Positions 11,439-23,959 of a stretch of DNA of 64,000 nucleotides are shown piece by piece. Every line of letters begins with the position of its first letter. The stretch's first letter is position 1. Under the pieces are notes generated by a model. The model worked only from the letters and a program-made list of their open reading frames with translations, was not told the DNA's origin and searched no databases. Both the position numbers and the translations under genes were made by a program. Location of the stretch: positions 372,001-436,000 of the forward strand of contig OZ287082.1 in assembly GCA_965645245.1 (NCBI GenBank), written 5' to 3'. The stretch is from Massalongia carnosa (Eukaryota).

Positions 11439-12460
11439 TGTAATGGGCTACGAGACCAGTAAGCTAATCACGAGCGACACTGATCTCGAAAGGGGAAATG
11501 CTCAGCGTGAGAGGTGGAAGATAGCTACTACGTGCTGGTCTCCGAGAGTATATGTCCAAAGAACTAATGGATGTGGAAGTGCTCAGACCAAGAGATCTCG
11601 TCCGAGACCCAAACGTAGGTTGTTCATAGAATAAAGACTAATTGCTAACGAATACTACAGGATTCGTTCTGGTATTTATCCTACTCACCCCAAGCCTATA
11701 GCCTTGGGAGCCTTGGAACCTTAGGAGCCTTGCAACCCACTTCTGACCTTATCGCCTTACATCCAACCATCCCTCAGGATCCATCTACGAACTCGGCGTT
11801 CGCTGGATCATCTAGTCAGCCTCGAGCAGCCTTCTAGATCTTCCCTTGCAAGGTAGAACACTTCTACCTCCGGCTAGATCCCTCACTACATTGCTAGCCT
11901 CTAAACATAAAGTCTAGACGCCGAGGCTGTGTAGCTTCATTTCGCCGTCACCACTACCAACGTAGCGATGGAAGGTTACCTCCGACTAAATCTCTATCTA
12001 CACTGCGGACCTGCCTCTAGACACAAGGTCTAGACCACAAGGTCATGTAGGTTCATTCAGCCGACATCACTACCAGCGTAGCAATAAAGGTGGAAGCTGA
12101 AGTTTACACCGGGGAGGCCGAGCTCAAGCTGCGTCCATCTAGCCGTGCCTCCTGCTACAACTCTTGATCCATCAAGAGATCGAGTAGCTCCGAGTAGGCC
12201 AGTAGATTCCATATAGAGTTCACGGCTAGTCTCCACAGGAGTTCGCCTTACTCCATGGCAATCTACCACCACGGCCTCGACAGGTGTTTGATCTGTAAGC
12301 AGTCTAGAACGTAGTAACAACTAATTCGGAGTTGTGTGGCAAGGTGGCGTCGTGTCAACCTCGACGGCTATGCGACTAAGTACTACGGCCTGGCTCATGC
12401 TAGTTAATCCCGCAACCGCCATAGGCGATCATGTATCCCTCTAGCGCTATCAGCATTACA
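11439..12460. mobile_element. 1022-bp solo LTR
   Basis: TGTAAT...ATTACA termini; TSD GAATT at 11434-11438 and 12461-12465; inverted copy at 13712-14729. Confidence 0.92.
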
Positions 12461-13297
12461 GAATTAGTAAAAATTATGCATAAATTCTCAGCATTACTGT
12501 AAAGTCGAGACAACAAGATCCTTGAACATCGAAATGCAGAAAAGTTTGAAACGAAAGAATGAAATCTAGAAAATCTTTGCGATCATTTTAAGAAATCGAC
12601 TTTGTATCTCGATAGCATAAATGTATGTGATAAGTTTGAATATCTTATTAGTACTGAAATCGAGACTGTAGTCAGCGCACAATTCATTAATTTTGAATGA
12701 AAGTGTCATATTGATCAATTCCCTCAGAAAAAAGAATTGAAAGATATCTCATCATTGACTTCGTTGTCGACTTCTACATTGATTTCTCTCTTTCAGCTAA
12801 CTATACTTTCATTTACAAGCGCAACACAAGAGACACTGTAAGTAGATAAACTGGGTTGTGTGCGTGGTCCACTATAGCTAGAGGTGTAAAGGAACAGAAC
12901 AAACAAAAGATAGAACAAAAAGTCTGATATGGTTGATAAATAGAATGATGGCTGTATGCCTCGTGCCTCACGATTTCAGTTGCTTTATATGAGCTTCATT
13001 TGAAGCTATGCTACTGTGTATAGATGTTGATATATGGAAAAGATTACTCCTCTATGTATGAAATAACTCCGTCACCTGACTCCTTAACCGAGGCCCTCGC
13101 CGAGGTTATTTCGGATAAACATTCTCCCGATCCTTGCTGGCAGTCTAGATTTTTGATTGGTAACCCTATCCGTGCCGCGTAGCTGGCACTCAGTCTACAG
13201 GACTGAGTGCCGAACACCCATATAACCGTTTCACCCATATAACCGAAAATTTAAATATTTTGACCAACAACCTTGATAAATTATTATCAAAATCATC

Positions 13298-15964
13298 ATA
13301 TCTTCCACTTATCAGGAAGTTGAGGCTCGAATTCAACTAGCTATTGATCATCTACTGAAAAATTCTACAGCTAAAAGAGCTAAAATTGCGCGTCAATTCG
13401 ACGTGCCTTCGCAGCGACTTCGTTTTCGACTTCAAGGTCATCCCCCCGCATCTGACGTACGAGGACTGCATGGACGTCGATTATCATCTGATTAAGACTT
13501 GGCCTTAGTCTTATATATTCAACGAATTATCGCGTTAGGCCTTCATCCTCGTCTTCGAATAATAGAAGCAGCTGCCAATAAGTTACTAATACATGGCTGG
13601 ACTGATTCGACCCCACCACAACCATTGAGTCATTCATGGGCCACGCGATGGATGAGTCGTCATTCTGAATTTCAGAAGATTAAACGCAAGCCTATTGCAG
13701 CCGTACGAATGTGTAATACGGATGGCGCTAGAAGGATACGTGATCGCCTACGGCGGTTGCGGGATTAACAAGCATGAGCCAGACCGTAGTACTTAGTCGC
13801 ATAGCCGTCGAGGTTGACACGACGCCACCTTGCCACACAACTCCGAATCCTACGTTCTAGACTGCTTACAGATCAAACACCTGTCGAGACGTTGGTGGTA
13901 GATTGCCATGGAGTAAGGCGAACTCCTGTGGAGAAGCCGTGAACTCTATATGGGATCTACTGGCCTACTCGGAGCTACTCGATCTCTTGATGGATCAAGA
14001 GTTGTAGCAGGAGGCACGGCTAGCTGGACGCAGCTTGAGCTCGGCCTCCCCGGTGTAAACTTCAGCTTCCACCTTTATTGCTAAGTTGGTAGTGATGTCG
14101 ACTGAGTGAACCTACATGACCTTTTGGTCTAGACCTTGTGTCTAGGGGCAGGTCCACAGTATAGATAGAGATTTAGTCGGAGGTAACCTTCCATCGCTGC
14201 GTCGGTAGTGGTGACGGCGAAATGAAGCTACATAGCCTCGGCGTCTAGACTTTATGTTTAGAGGCAGGCTAGCAATGTAGTGAGGGATCTAGCCGGAGGT
14301 AGAAGTGTTCTACCTTGCAAGGGAAGGTCTAGAAGGCTGCTCGAGGCTGACTAGATAATCCAGCGAACGCCGAGTTCGTAGATGGATCCTGAGGGATGGT
14401 TAGATGTAAGGCGATATGGTCAGAAGTGGGTTGCAAGGCTCCTAAGGTTCCAAGGCTCCCAAGGCTATAGGCTTGGGGTGAGTAGGATAAATACCAGAAC
14501 GAATCCTGTAGTATTCGTTAGCAATTAGTCTTTGTTCTATGAACAACCTACGTTTGGGTCTCGGACGAGATCTCTTGGTCCAAGCACTTCCACATCCATT
14601 AGTTCTTGGATCACATATACTCTCGGAGACTAGCACGTAGTAGCTATCTTCCTCCTCTCACGCTGAGCATTTCCCCTTTCGAGATCAGTGTCCCTCGTGA
14701 TTAGCTTACTGGTCTCGTAGCCCATTACAGAAAGAATGCGGAGGACCCGGTCGTTTTACGAGCTCATTTTAATCAGTACAGTCAGATAATGCAGGAGCAT
14801 GGCATATGTGATGAGGACAAATGGAATTTTTATGAGACGGGCTTTCGATTGCGCATCGCACGATCAGATTGGGTCATTACTTTAGCAGATGACAAGCAGA
14901 AAAAGGTGTTTTCTAAAGATCCAGACAATCGTGGAAGTTTGACGGCCATCGAATGTATAAGTGGCGCTGGGGGCAGCATTCCTTCATTTCTCATACTCAG
15001 TGGATTGATGATTCAAGGTTCATGTGCCGAAAATGATTGGAATAATGGAGTCATGCTTTCGACAGCCGAGACTGGTTATTCAAATGACTGGTTATCTATA
15101 GAATGGCTGAAGCATTTCGATAAGCACTCCTCAAAGAGTCAAAAAGGGGCGTATCGACTGCTAATGATAGATAGTTATGGGTCGCATCATACTATTGAAT
15201 TTATTGAGTACTGTAATGAGGCCACAATTATCCCCTTCGGCCTGCCACCTCATACGACTCATATGTTGCAACTATTTGACGTCGTCGTTTTTCAGCCCCT
15301 GAAACATTGGCATGCTGATGCGGTTAAGGATGCAATGGCTCATGGGGACGAGACGTTTAATCAGGTAGAATTTTTGAATGCTTTCAACTCGTTTCGAAAT
15401 AAAGCATTCAAAGTTACGACTATAAAATCAGCATGGAAGGCCGTGGGCATCATTCCTTTCGATCCTTCCATTGTCTTCGATAAATTGGGATCAGGGGCCT
15501 CGTACATTGAGGCCGATCCTTTTGCTGATATTTATGATCAAACACCTGATTATTCGGATAATGATCTTTCGGACGCGCAAACTCCGAAGAATTTGATTGC
15601 TTTGCTTCAAGCTTCGTATGAAATTGAGGCTCAATATCCGAAATTCGTCAAAGGCGCTTTAGCATGTGCTCGAGAAAGCGAGCTGTTATGGGATCAATTA
15701 GCACTGACTAAAGCAGCCGAAAACGCTCGAAAGGTGAGGGCCAATCAGAGCAAGCATTACGTTCAAAAAGGAGGAGTTATTCAGGTGGATCAATGCAGAA
15801 GAATGACTTTCGAGCGAAAGGAGGAAGAGAAGCAATTGGAGTCGGATCGTCAGAAGAAGGCTGATCGTCAACAACGAAAACGATGGGGGCCGATATTTAG
15901 GGAGTTGAAACGGAAGATACCATATTATATAGTGAATGACTCGTATGGTTTATCAAAACGTTGA
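13298..15964 (+). pseudogene. pogo/Fot1 transposase pseudogene
   Basis: The probable start codon reads ATA (13298), there is a TAA at ~13493, and a solo LTR splits the gene at 13712-14729. Catalytic motifs are degraded (WNFYETG, DSYGSH, LQLFDV). Confidence 0.88.
13712..14729. mobile_element. 1018-bp solo LTR inserted in the transposase, inverted relative to 11439-12460
   Basis: TGTAAT...ATTACA termini; TSD GAATG/GAAAG with one mismatch. Removing it restores AVRKNAEDP in the transposase. Confidence 0.9.
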
Positions 15965-16393
15965 TAACCTGATGTTTTTGGGCCTGTAGGTGAAATAGTG
16001 AAATTTTTGGTTATATGGGTGAAACGGTTATATGGGTGTTCGGCACTCAGTCCTGCGGACTGAGTGCCAGCTACGCGGCACGGATAGACCTAGCTTTCTA
16101 AATAGTAACTCTTGTATATATCCCTATCTGGACCTTGTCCGTGACATTACGTCCGACCTACATTTAAGTGTTTCATTGTTTTCTCTTTCCCCTATAACGA
16201 TTGTTAATCATGTCTTTTCAAGAAGAATCCGCAAATCTGCCTCAGGAACCTGAAGTAGCCCAAAAAGGAGCGAGAACATGTCAGCAATAACCCGGACGAG
16301 TTCATCGCCGCCTATCGAGACCTGGAACGACAATTAGCTGAGATTCGAAACGCGGTTCCTCCAGCCATTAATCAAACATCTTCCAACCCATTA

Positions 16394-17425
16394 TTGGCAA
16401 CCCCGTCATCAACTCCTTCTCCTTCCGTTCCGAGCTCCCAGCTGGCCGCCATTATAGAACAGTTAATGAAACGACCAGCGTTTCCGCCCAGGTCCGAGAA
16501 ACTTCCTGACATACCGGAGTATGACGGTGACGAGGACAAACTCGATACTTGGGAACAGAATCTAATTCAAAAAATGCACATTAACCATGACCGATACTTT
16601 TCCGATGAGGCCACGGTAGCTTATGCGGAGAGCAGACTCACCATCAGCAAGCGAGCCCATCTGCTCATGACTCCCTACCGGATAGATGGCTTATGCCGCC
16701 TAACCTCTTTTTCGGACTGGAGAGCGAAACTTCGTCTGGCCTGTGGTAACCCCTTCGAGCAAGAGGATGCCCGTAAATATTTGCGAGACACCCTGAAATA
16801 GGGTAACTTAACCTTTGAGGAATATTACAACCTTTTCTTTCAGAAGAAGGAACGATCTAAAATGGAAGACGCCTCCCTCATCGATGCGATGAAGGCCAAC
16901 ATCAACTATTCCACCTAAACAGCAGCCATCCATTATCGAGTCCCCGGAACCAATCAGGAGCCCGTCACCTTCGACGAACATGTTGCAATGTGGGCCCAAA
17001 CGGATCGAAAAATTCGTCAAATCAGGCATATCTCGCCACGCCAAGCCTCTGGAGCCTCAATTAGCAACTCCTCAACTAAAAAGGGGGCATCCGTCGCCAC
17101 CACCACTGCCGTTGTCAGGAGTCCTGCCCCCCGCTCCTCTACCATCGTCGTCGCTCCAGCCGTCACCCCTGCTGCGGTTCCTTCTCTTCCCGTAGGGGAT
17201 CCGATGGACCTCAGCTTCGCCATGGCCGCTGTGAAAGGCCAAAGCCTGAAAGTCCCCGGAGTCAAGGAAATCTGCGAGCAATGGAGACTATGCTTCTACT
17301 GTAAGCAATCGCACCCTGGGAAGACCGCAATCGACTGTCCCAACACGAAGGCCCCGTCTACTATTCGGTCTCTTGTCCTTTACAATGACTCCGACGCCTC
17401 TGAGGATGCAGCGGGAAAAGCCTGA
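16394..17425 (+). pseudogene. Gypsy gag with in-frame stops
   Basis: RSEKLPDIPEYDG and CFYCKQSHPGKTAIDC knuckle; stops at 16799-16801 and ~16916. The true start probably lies further upstream. Confidence 0.8.
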
Positions 17426-17466
17426 GCCCCGTATTCAGTCGCATACGAGGGCTTCAAAAGTCTGAT

Positions 17467-20400
17467 TTGTTGATTTCTGCATGTCTCCTTTCTGCATCAT
17501 TTTCACCCCCCCTAATGTCCAACGCTCGTTTTTCTGCAGCGTCCGCTTTGACCTTGTTTGAAAACGATGAAACTTTCAATGATAGCCATATGGTTGTCTC
17601 ATGTATATTACGTCGTCTGCAAGCAAGGATAAGAGCTTTAATTCTCGTGGACTGTGGTACATCAGGTTACTCATTTATCGATAAAGAATTCGCGCACCTT
17701 TATCAATTCCCCCTTCACCCCCTTAAATACCCTCGTCGACTCCTAGGTTTCGATGGTCAGCCTGCTCTGACCGGAAACATCACCCATGTGGCAGAAGTAA
17801 CCATGGATCTCAATGGACACATAGAGAAACTGTTCCTATATGTGACCGAATTAAGACATTACCCTATCGTCCTAGGACACCCATAGCTGCGTCGACATGG
17901 CGCTATCACTAACTTCGCCAATAATACCCTGTCATTATCCTCCCCATTTTGCCTAGCACATTGCTGTCCCGGCCCCGTAATGGTTCATTCAACAACCGCC
18001 GAGGAAGAACAGTTCCTTATGCCTGCCGAAAGTCAGAAGGTATGGGAGACTAAAGATCAAGAAACCATTCTGCAATCTATTCAAACAGAACCATCGAAAT
18101 TTGACTTTCAGGCTGAAGACGGTCCCAGTCAAATCCTAACCGCCATGCAAAAAGGCGTCTCCCCTAGGATCCGATACCGGTCCGGGAGCTACGTTCGTTT
18201 AGCACCTCGCCTACATACCTCAAACCCCCTGCACAGTAAACTAACCGCGGTTGAATCCGCACCAACCTACCCAGCCTAGCTTCGAGTCAGTGAGGTGAGC
18301 GCCGGCACATTCGACCACCTCGCAAGACAGAAGAACCACGAGATATTTAGTATCTCCCTCCAAGAAATAGACCGGTTCTTAGGTATAGAATCGCCTTTAA
18401 AACCCCCTAGCCCTAGCTCCAGGTCATCTATTAAGTTAATAGCAACCCATGTTTTCCCCCCATTTAACACTAAGGCCTGTCCAAGTGATAAGGACATGCA
18501 CCTAGCCATTTGCAGAATGCACAATGAACTCACCCTAGAAGCCTCCGTCACTCAAGAAGAACTTGAGCACGTTCGGCAGCAAAAGAACGTTGACCCGGCA
18601 CCTCTGCTTCCAAAGCAATACCACGACTACCTAGATGTCTTTTCAAGAAAGGAGTCCGATAAACTACCGGAACACCGCTCCTATGATCACGCCATTGTCT
18701 TAAAAGAAGGTTTTCAACCACCTAATCAAGCTCTTTACGGGATGAGTCGTGATGAGATCTAGGAACTTCGTCGTTATCTAGATGAGAATCTAACAAAAGG
18801 ATTCATTTGATCTAGCCGCTCACATGCAGCCTCCCCGGATATGTTTGTTAAGAAGCCCGGCGGAGGACTTCGATTCTGCGTCGACTACCGAGGACTAAAC
18901 GCTGTCACCATAAAAAATCGTTATCCAATACCTCTAATCACCGAGACCCTCAACCGTTTGTGGAAAGCCAAGATATTTACCAAGTTGGATATTATATCAG
19001 CATTCAATCGCCTAAGAATCAAAGAGGGAGACGAAGAACTTACTGCTTTCCGGACTCGTTTCGGTCTCTACGAATATCTTGTCATGCCTTTCGGTCTGTG
19101 CAACGGACCTGCCTCGTTTCAACATTATATCAATGACACCCTGAGGGAATACTTAGATAGATTCTGCACCGCGTATCTAGATGACATCCTCATCTATAGT
19201 GATGACGAAATCGAACATGACCTACATGTAAAACAAGTCCTTGTCAAACTCAGAGAGGCCGGACTCCAAGCGGACATCACCAAGTGCGCCTTCGGAGTCA
19301 CCGAGGTCCCCTATTTGGGTCTCATCGTTACTACTAAGGGAGTCAAGATGGATCCTGCCAAGATCGATACCGTCATCAATTGGCCTGCGCCCGTTAACGT
19401 TAGGGATGTTCAAAGCTTTCTAGGATTCGCCAATTTCTACAGGCGTTTCGTATTAGGGTTCAGTAAAATAGCCTCGCCGTTGACGAACCTAACCAAGGAG
19501 GGAACGAAATTCTCCTGGACTAGCGATTGTCAACAAGCCTTCAATACGATGAAAAAAGCATTTACCTCCGATCTTATTCTCATGCACTTTGATTCAGACA
19601 AGTAAATCGTGGTCGAAACGGACGCCTCCGACTTTGTATTGGCGGGTATCCTATCGCAATATGATGAAAAAGATATCTTGCGTCCCGTCGCATACTTCTC
19701 GAAAAAGCATAACCCTGCCGAGTGTAACTATGAGATCTATGACAAAGAACTTATGGCCATAGTTCGAGCTTTCGAGGAATGGAGACGTGAACTAGAAGGC
19801 TCCGCCCAACCCATCGATGTTATTTCAGACCATAAAAACCTGGAATATTTCACCTCTACCAAGCTTTTAAGTCGGCGCCAGGCCCGATGGAGTGAGTTTC
19901 TATCTCGATTCGACTATAAGATAGTCTACCGACCTGGGAAAGCCGGCGGTAAACCGGATGCCTTAACTCGACGGTCAGGAGATCTCCCTGAAGAAGGGGA
20001 TGAAACCGATAAGCGGAACTCATTTCAGCATCAGACGATACTGAAAACGCATAACTTAGACGACGGAGTAGCCGAGAGCTTCAATTCAACAGTGGTTAGA
20101 ACCTCCCCAGACCCCATAGTGCTCGCTCCTGCTATTCTTGATCAAGAACAAGATCTTGACGAGGATGATGACACAGAGACGGATCATGAAGAACCCCAAC
20201 TAGATTTAGTTACTGATCAGCTAAGCCCCGAAGATGACCCAATAGACGTGGCTACTCAGGACCTTTGGAACCGAGCCCTGGATAGGGATAAGTTTTCACC
20301 CCGTGTTCTAGAAATGCTTCGAAACGGATCGAGATATTATAGTGGCATACAACTAGCAGAGTGCGAAGACAGAAATAGGATTTTATACTTCAGAAATCGA

Positions 20401-21724
20401 CAATACGTACCCAAATCAGATAGCCTTCGCCTAAGAATCCTACAACTCGCTCACAATAGTGTCGCAGGTGGACACCCAGGCCGTGCCAAATGTTTTGAAC
20501 TCATCAGTCTCTCTTATTGGTGGCCTAGCATGCACAAAACGGTGCAACGATTCGTCAGAAACTGCCATATCTGCAAAAGAGCCAAACCCTCCCGTGAACG
20601 TTATCAGGGGTGGCTTAGGCCCTTACCTCCACCTGAGCGTCGCTGGCGCGATGTTGCTATAGATTATGTCGGACCCCTCTCGGCCAGCACCTTCATGGGA
20701 ATCACCTATCTGTACATTCTAGTTTTCATAGATCGCCTAACCAAGATGCGCCATCTGGCTCCAGTCACATCCATGGAAGTCGAAGAAGCCGTAGATGCCT
20801 TCTATCGAAATGTATGGAAGCATCATGGCCTACCTGATGTTCTCGTATCAGATCGAGGTTCGCAGTTCGTATCGGAACTATGGGAATTGCTGTGTAAGCG
20901 GCTAAAAATCGACGCACGGTTGTCCACCGAATACCACCCGGAAACCGATGGCCAGACAGAACGAGCCAACGCCTCCATGGAGCATTACCTTAGAGCCTAT
21001 GTTAAATATATGCAGGATGATTGGGCCAAGTGGCTACCAGGCGCTGAATTCGCGGCTAATAATACGGATTCTTCCACAACTGGACATTACCGCTCAAAGT
21101 CGAAATAATCTGATCGCAGCTAATAAGTTCGCGGACTGGATGAGAGACTTAGAAACTCATCTTCATGATGAAATGTTAATCGCTCAAGCCATCTATGAAT
21201 CCACTGCCAATGCAAACCGCCGACCATGCCCCCGCTATAAAGTGGGTTATATGGTATGGTTAAATACAAAGAATCTTCAAACAGCGAGACCCACCGTCAA
21301 GTTAGACGATCGAAACATCGGACCCTATGCGGTCAGTCGAGTTTTCTCAAACCCTCTAGTGATACAATTGGAGCTTCTTCCTGGTGTCAAGATCCACCTA
21401 GTTTTCCATGCGAACCTTCTGCAGCATGAAGCAGATGACCCCCTTCCTGGCCAGCATCCCGCCCCTCGTGAACCTGTCGAAGCAGAAGACGAACAGCGAG
21501 AATGGTATGTAAACAGCATATTGAACTCCAAATACGACCGACGATTTCAACCTCCACTCCTTCAATATTTCGTTAATTTGGAAGGTCACAATCCTTTATG
21601 GGAACCTTTTAATTTCCTAACCAACTGTCAGCAAGCTCTAAACGAATATCATCAGGCTTACCCAACAGCTGCCGGACCACATCACACCCCTTGCAATCTA
21701 CCCCGTTGCCGCTGCCAGGAATAG
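17467..21724 (+). pseudogene. Gypsy pol (PR, RT, RNase H, integrase, chromodomain) with multiple stops and an internal deletion
   Basis: [67 protein letters not shown]. Stops at 17884, 18277, 18760, 18808 and 19603; frameshift near 21080. Confidence 0.93.
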
Positions 21725-22560
21725 TAGCATCGCAGGAGCTCCGCCTTGAAGAGGGACCTACTGTCATGGAATTACCTCGCACCCTCCCACGTTTCCTGAT
21801 CGGGTTAGAATTTAACAGGCTCTCTTGCCGTGAAACCTGCCCTGCATGTTGAATGGAACCGTGGCCCGTTATTCCGAACTATCCTAAAACCTCGCCCCAT
21901 GTGTTCAGACGTTCTTCCGCTGCCTTCAGTGCACTCCCAAACTCCTATATCCCGAATCCAATCTCAACGTCTCCACTATCCAAGCCCACGACTGGGATTG
22001 CCCAGCAGAGAGAGATTGCTTCGGCATGGAGAAAGGCGGAAAAGGTCAAAGCGATCATGGTTAGGAAATTAGAACAGGAACAGAGATGAGGGCAAGTCAA
22101 GAATAGGGGAGTTGGAAGCCATGGCTATAAAACATATGTGGTTTCTCAGGTGTTTAGAGCTCTTCGTCGGACGTCTTGTATACTATCCCTAGACCTAGCT
22201 TTCTAAATAGTAACTCTTGTATATCTCCCTCTCTGGACCTTGTCCGTGATATTCAGCAACGTCGAAGTCGTGTGAAACGTTATTCGACACGCAAAAAACG
22301 TCTTTTGAAAAGCTGTCGTCGAATGTCGATCTTAATCTGAAGAATATGAATGACTTCGACAAGTCGATAAAGAAAGACGACGTATTCACGATGCGAGACA
22401 AGTATCTTAAGCAGCTTAAAGTTCAGAGGAAGTGATTCAACTTGAATTCAAAACAGACTGAAGATTACTACAAGGTTGCTTTCAGGTTTCACGATACGAG
22501 ATTAGATAGGAATTCAGGTAATGTAAACGTAGTACTTGATTGTCTAATTTAAAAAACATA

Positions 22561-22706
22561 CGCCGCGCAACGGATTGGGTTTTCGCCACAAAATTGCTTT
22601 TTCGCCACCGGGTTTCTATCTGAAAACTCAACTCGGACACAAAAATCATAGGGTTCGCCACAAACGGGATGGGTTTCAATAGAGAAACCCGACCCATTGC
22701 GCGGCG
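22561..22706. mobile_element. 146-bp MITE, TA-flanked
   Basis: TA-CGCCGCGCAACGGATTGGGTTT...AAACCCGACCCATTGCGCGGCG-TA: an imperfect 22-bp TIR. Confidence 0.75.
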
Positions 22707-22946
22707 TAAATAAACAAGACGTTTGACAAGGATAAAAGAAACAGAAAATCAAACGTGGACGAGTATAAGATTTTGATAAACGGAACTAGTTTTAATTCAG
22801 CTGTTGATTCAATTTCTCTGAAGTTTCTAACATGACACAATCGTCCTGACATTATTGACAGTCGAAACACTTCTCTTTATTTTAACTGATTCGAATTATA
22901 ATTCATTTATTTCGAGTAGAATAATCAATTAATGTTTGATTTAAAC

Positions 22947-23430
22947 TGAAATGGGGATACCTTCTCCCAGCAAGTATTCACTACTGAAAGACGGGATACA
23001 CAGGGGCTACATAACGTGACTGTTATAACAGAGGTACAAATATGTACGGTCGGGTCAAAGGGTAGACTAAATGTTACCCTTTTGAAATGATTGATCATTG
23101 ATCTATATAAGATCGGACAATCAACAACCTAAGCTCTTTTTCTATACCTTGTCTATACTACCTGATATTTTCAGTCATCGAAATACATCGGTCACCGAAA
23201 AACTAAGGTAGATTAGACTAGGCATGCGAGCTAGGGGAGGTGAGGCGAGGCTAGGGGATAATGCGTGTACTACGAAAACACTTCTACAATATTTTAAGTC
23301 CCCACACTATGCCTAACTGGGTTAAGCGGGACCTTATTGTCTTGGTAGTTGTTTTAGCTGTACGTATCCCACATAGCCACAAAGGCTAGTCTTACATTCA
23401 ACGAACGCATACAAGGCCTACCCTATTACA
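22947..23430. mobile_element. 484-bp solo LTR
   Basis: Imperfect terminal inverted repeat TGAAATGGGG...CCCTATTACA; TSD TAAAC/CAAAC with one mismatch; internal TATATAA. Confidence 0.65.
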
Positions 23431-23812
23431 CAAACAGTTAAAATTATTCCGAATTTTTAAAGGAATTAAATAAATGATTCGATGAATTTATTGTCAAATG
23501 TTTAATCATTTCATGATATCAATTCTTCTTCTAAATTCGAGTTTTAAAAGAATTATCAAACTTGATAAATCTCAATCGATGAATATCTTTCAATAAATCG
23601 AAAGAGTAAATTACAATTTTAATTTCGATTCAACCGAGTCCGTTCAATCAATTTATTTGATTAAATACTGTAATCGTTTTCGAAAGAAACGATAGTTTAA
23701 AATTTTTCGATTTATAATTTTTTTTTTCATTTTCAACTTCAACAAAAATAAAAAAACGAATATGTGATCGACGTAAAAAGTTGAAAGATAGATTTTTAAA
23801 ATAAAAACATAT

Positions 23813-23959
23813 TGTGACGGTTCGACCAAGCGTGGTGCGGACGGCAGGAACTACAGCGAGCATAGCAGGAGTCCCAGTTATAGTAGAATAGAGCTTGGTC
23901 TGCGGACTAAATATTGTGCCTTTTAGTCGGGAAGGACAGGTAGCGCAATAGTAGAAATC
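23813..23959. mobile_element. Partial LTR of the 635-804 family, interrupted by copia-2
   Basis: Matches the reverse complement of 659-804; the last ~24 bp are missing at the copia-2 insertion point. Confidence 0.85.

Larger units (their letters stand above)
13169..16084 (+). mobile_element. pogo/Fot1-type (Tc1-mariner superfamily) DNA transposon, inactive, carrying a nested solo LTR
   Basis: ~84-bp TIRs (TCCGTGCCGCGTAGCTGGCACTCAGTC...), TA on both sides, and a transposase with HTH and DDE_1-type motifs. Confidence 0.92.
16087..22251 (+). mobile_element. Chromoviral Ty3/gypsy retrotransposon (Tf1/Maggy-like); only the last 60 bp of the 5' LTR remain
   Basis: 5' LTR remnant 16087-16146 matches the end of the 3' LTR (21762-22251). 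Purine tract GAAGAGGGA precedes 21762. Domain order is gag-PR-RT-RH-IN-chromodomain. Confidence 0.93.

Noticed and set aside
22252..22500. Host gene fragment downstream of the gypsy 3' LTR
   Set aside because: A short open stretch with no recognisable motif, start or splice structure; it cannot be supported.
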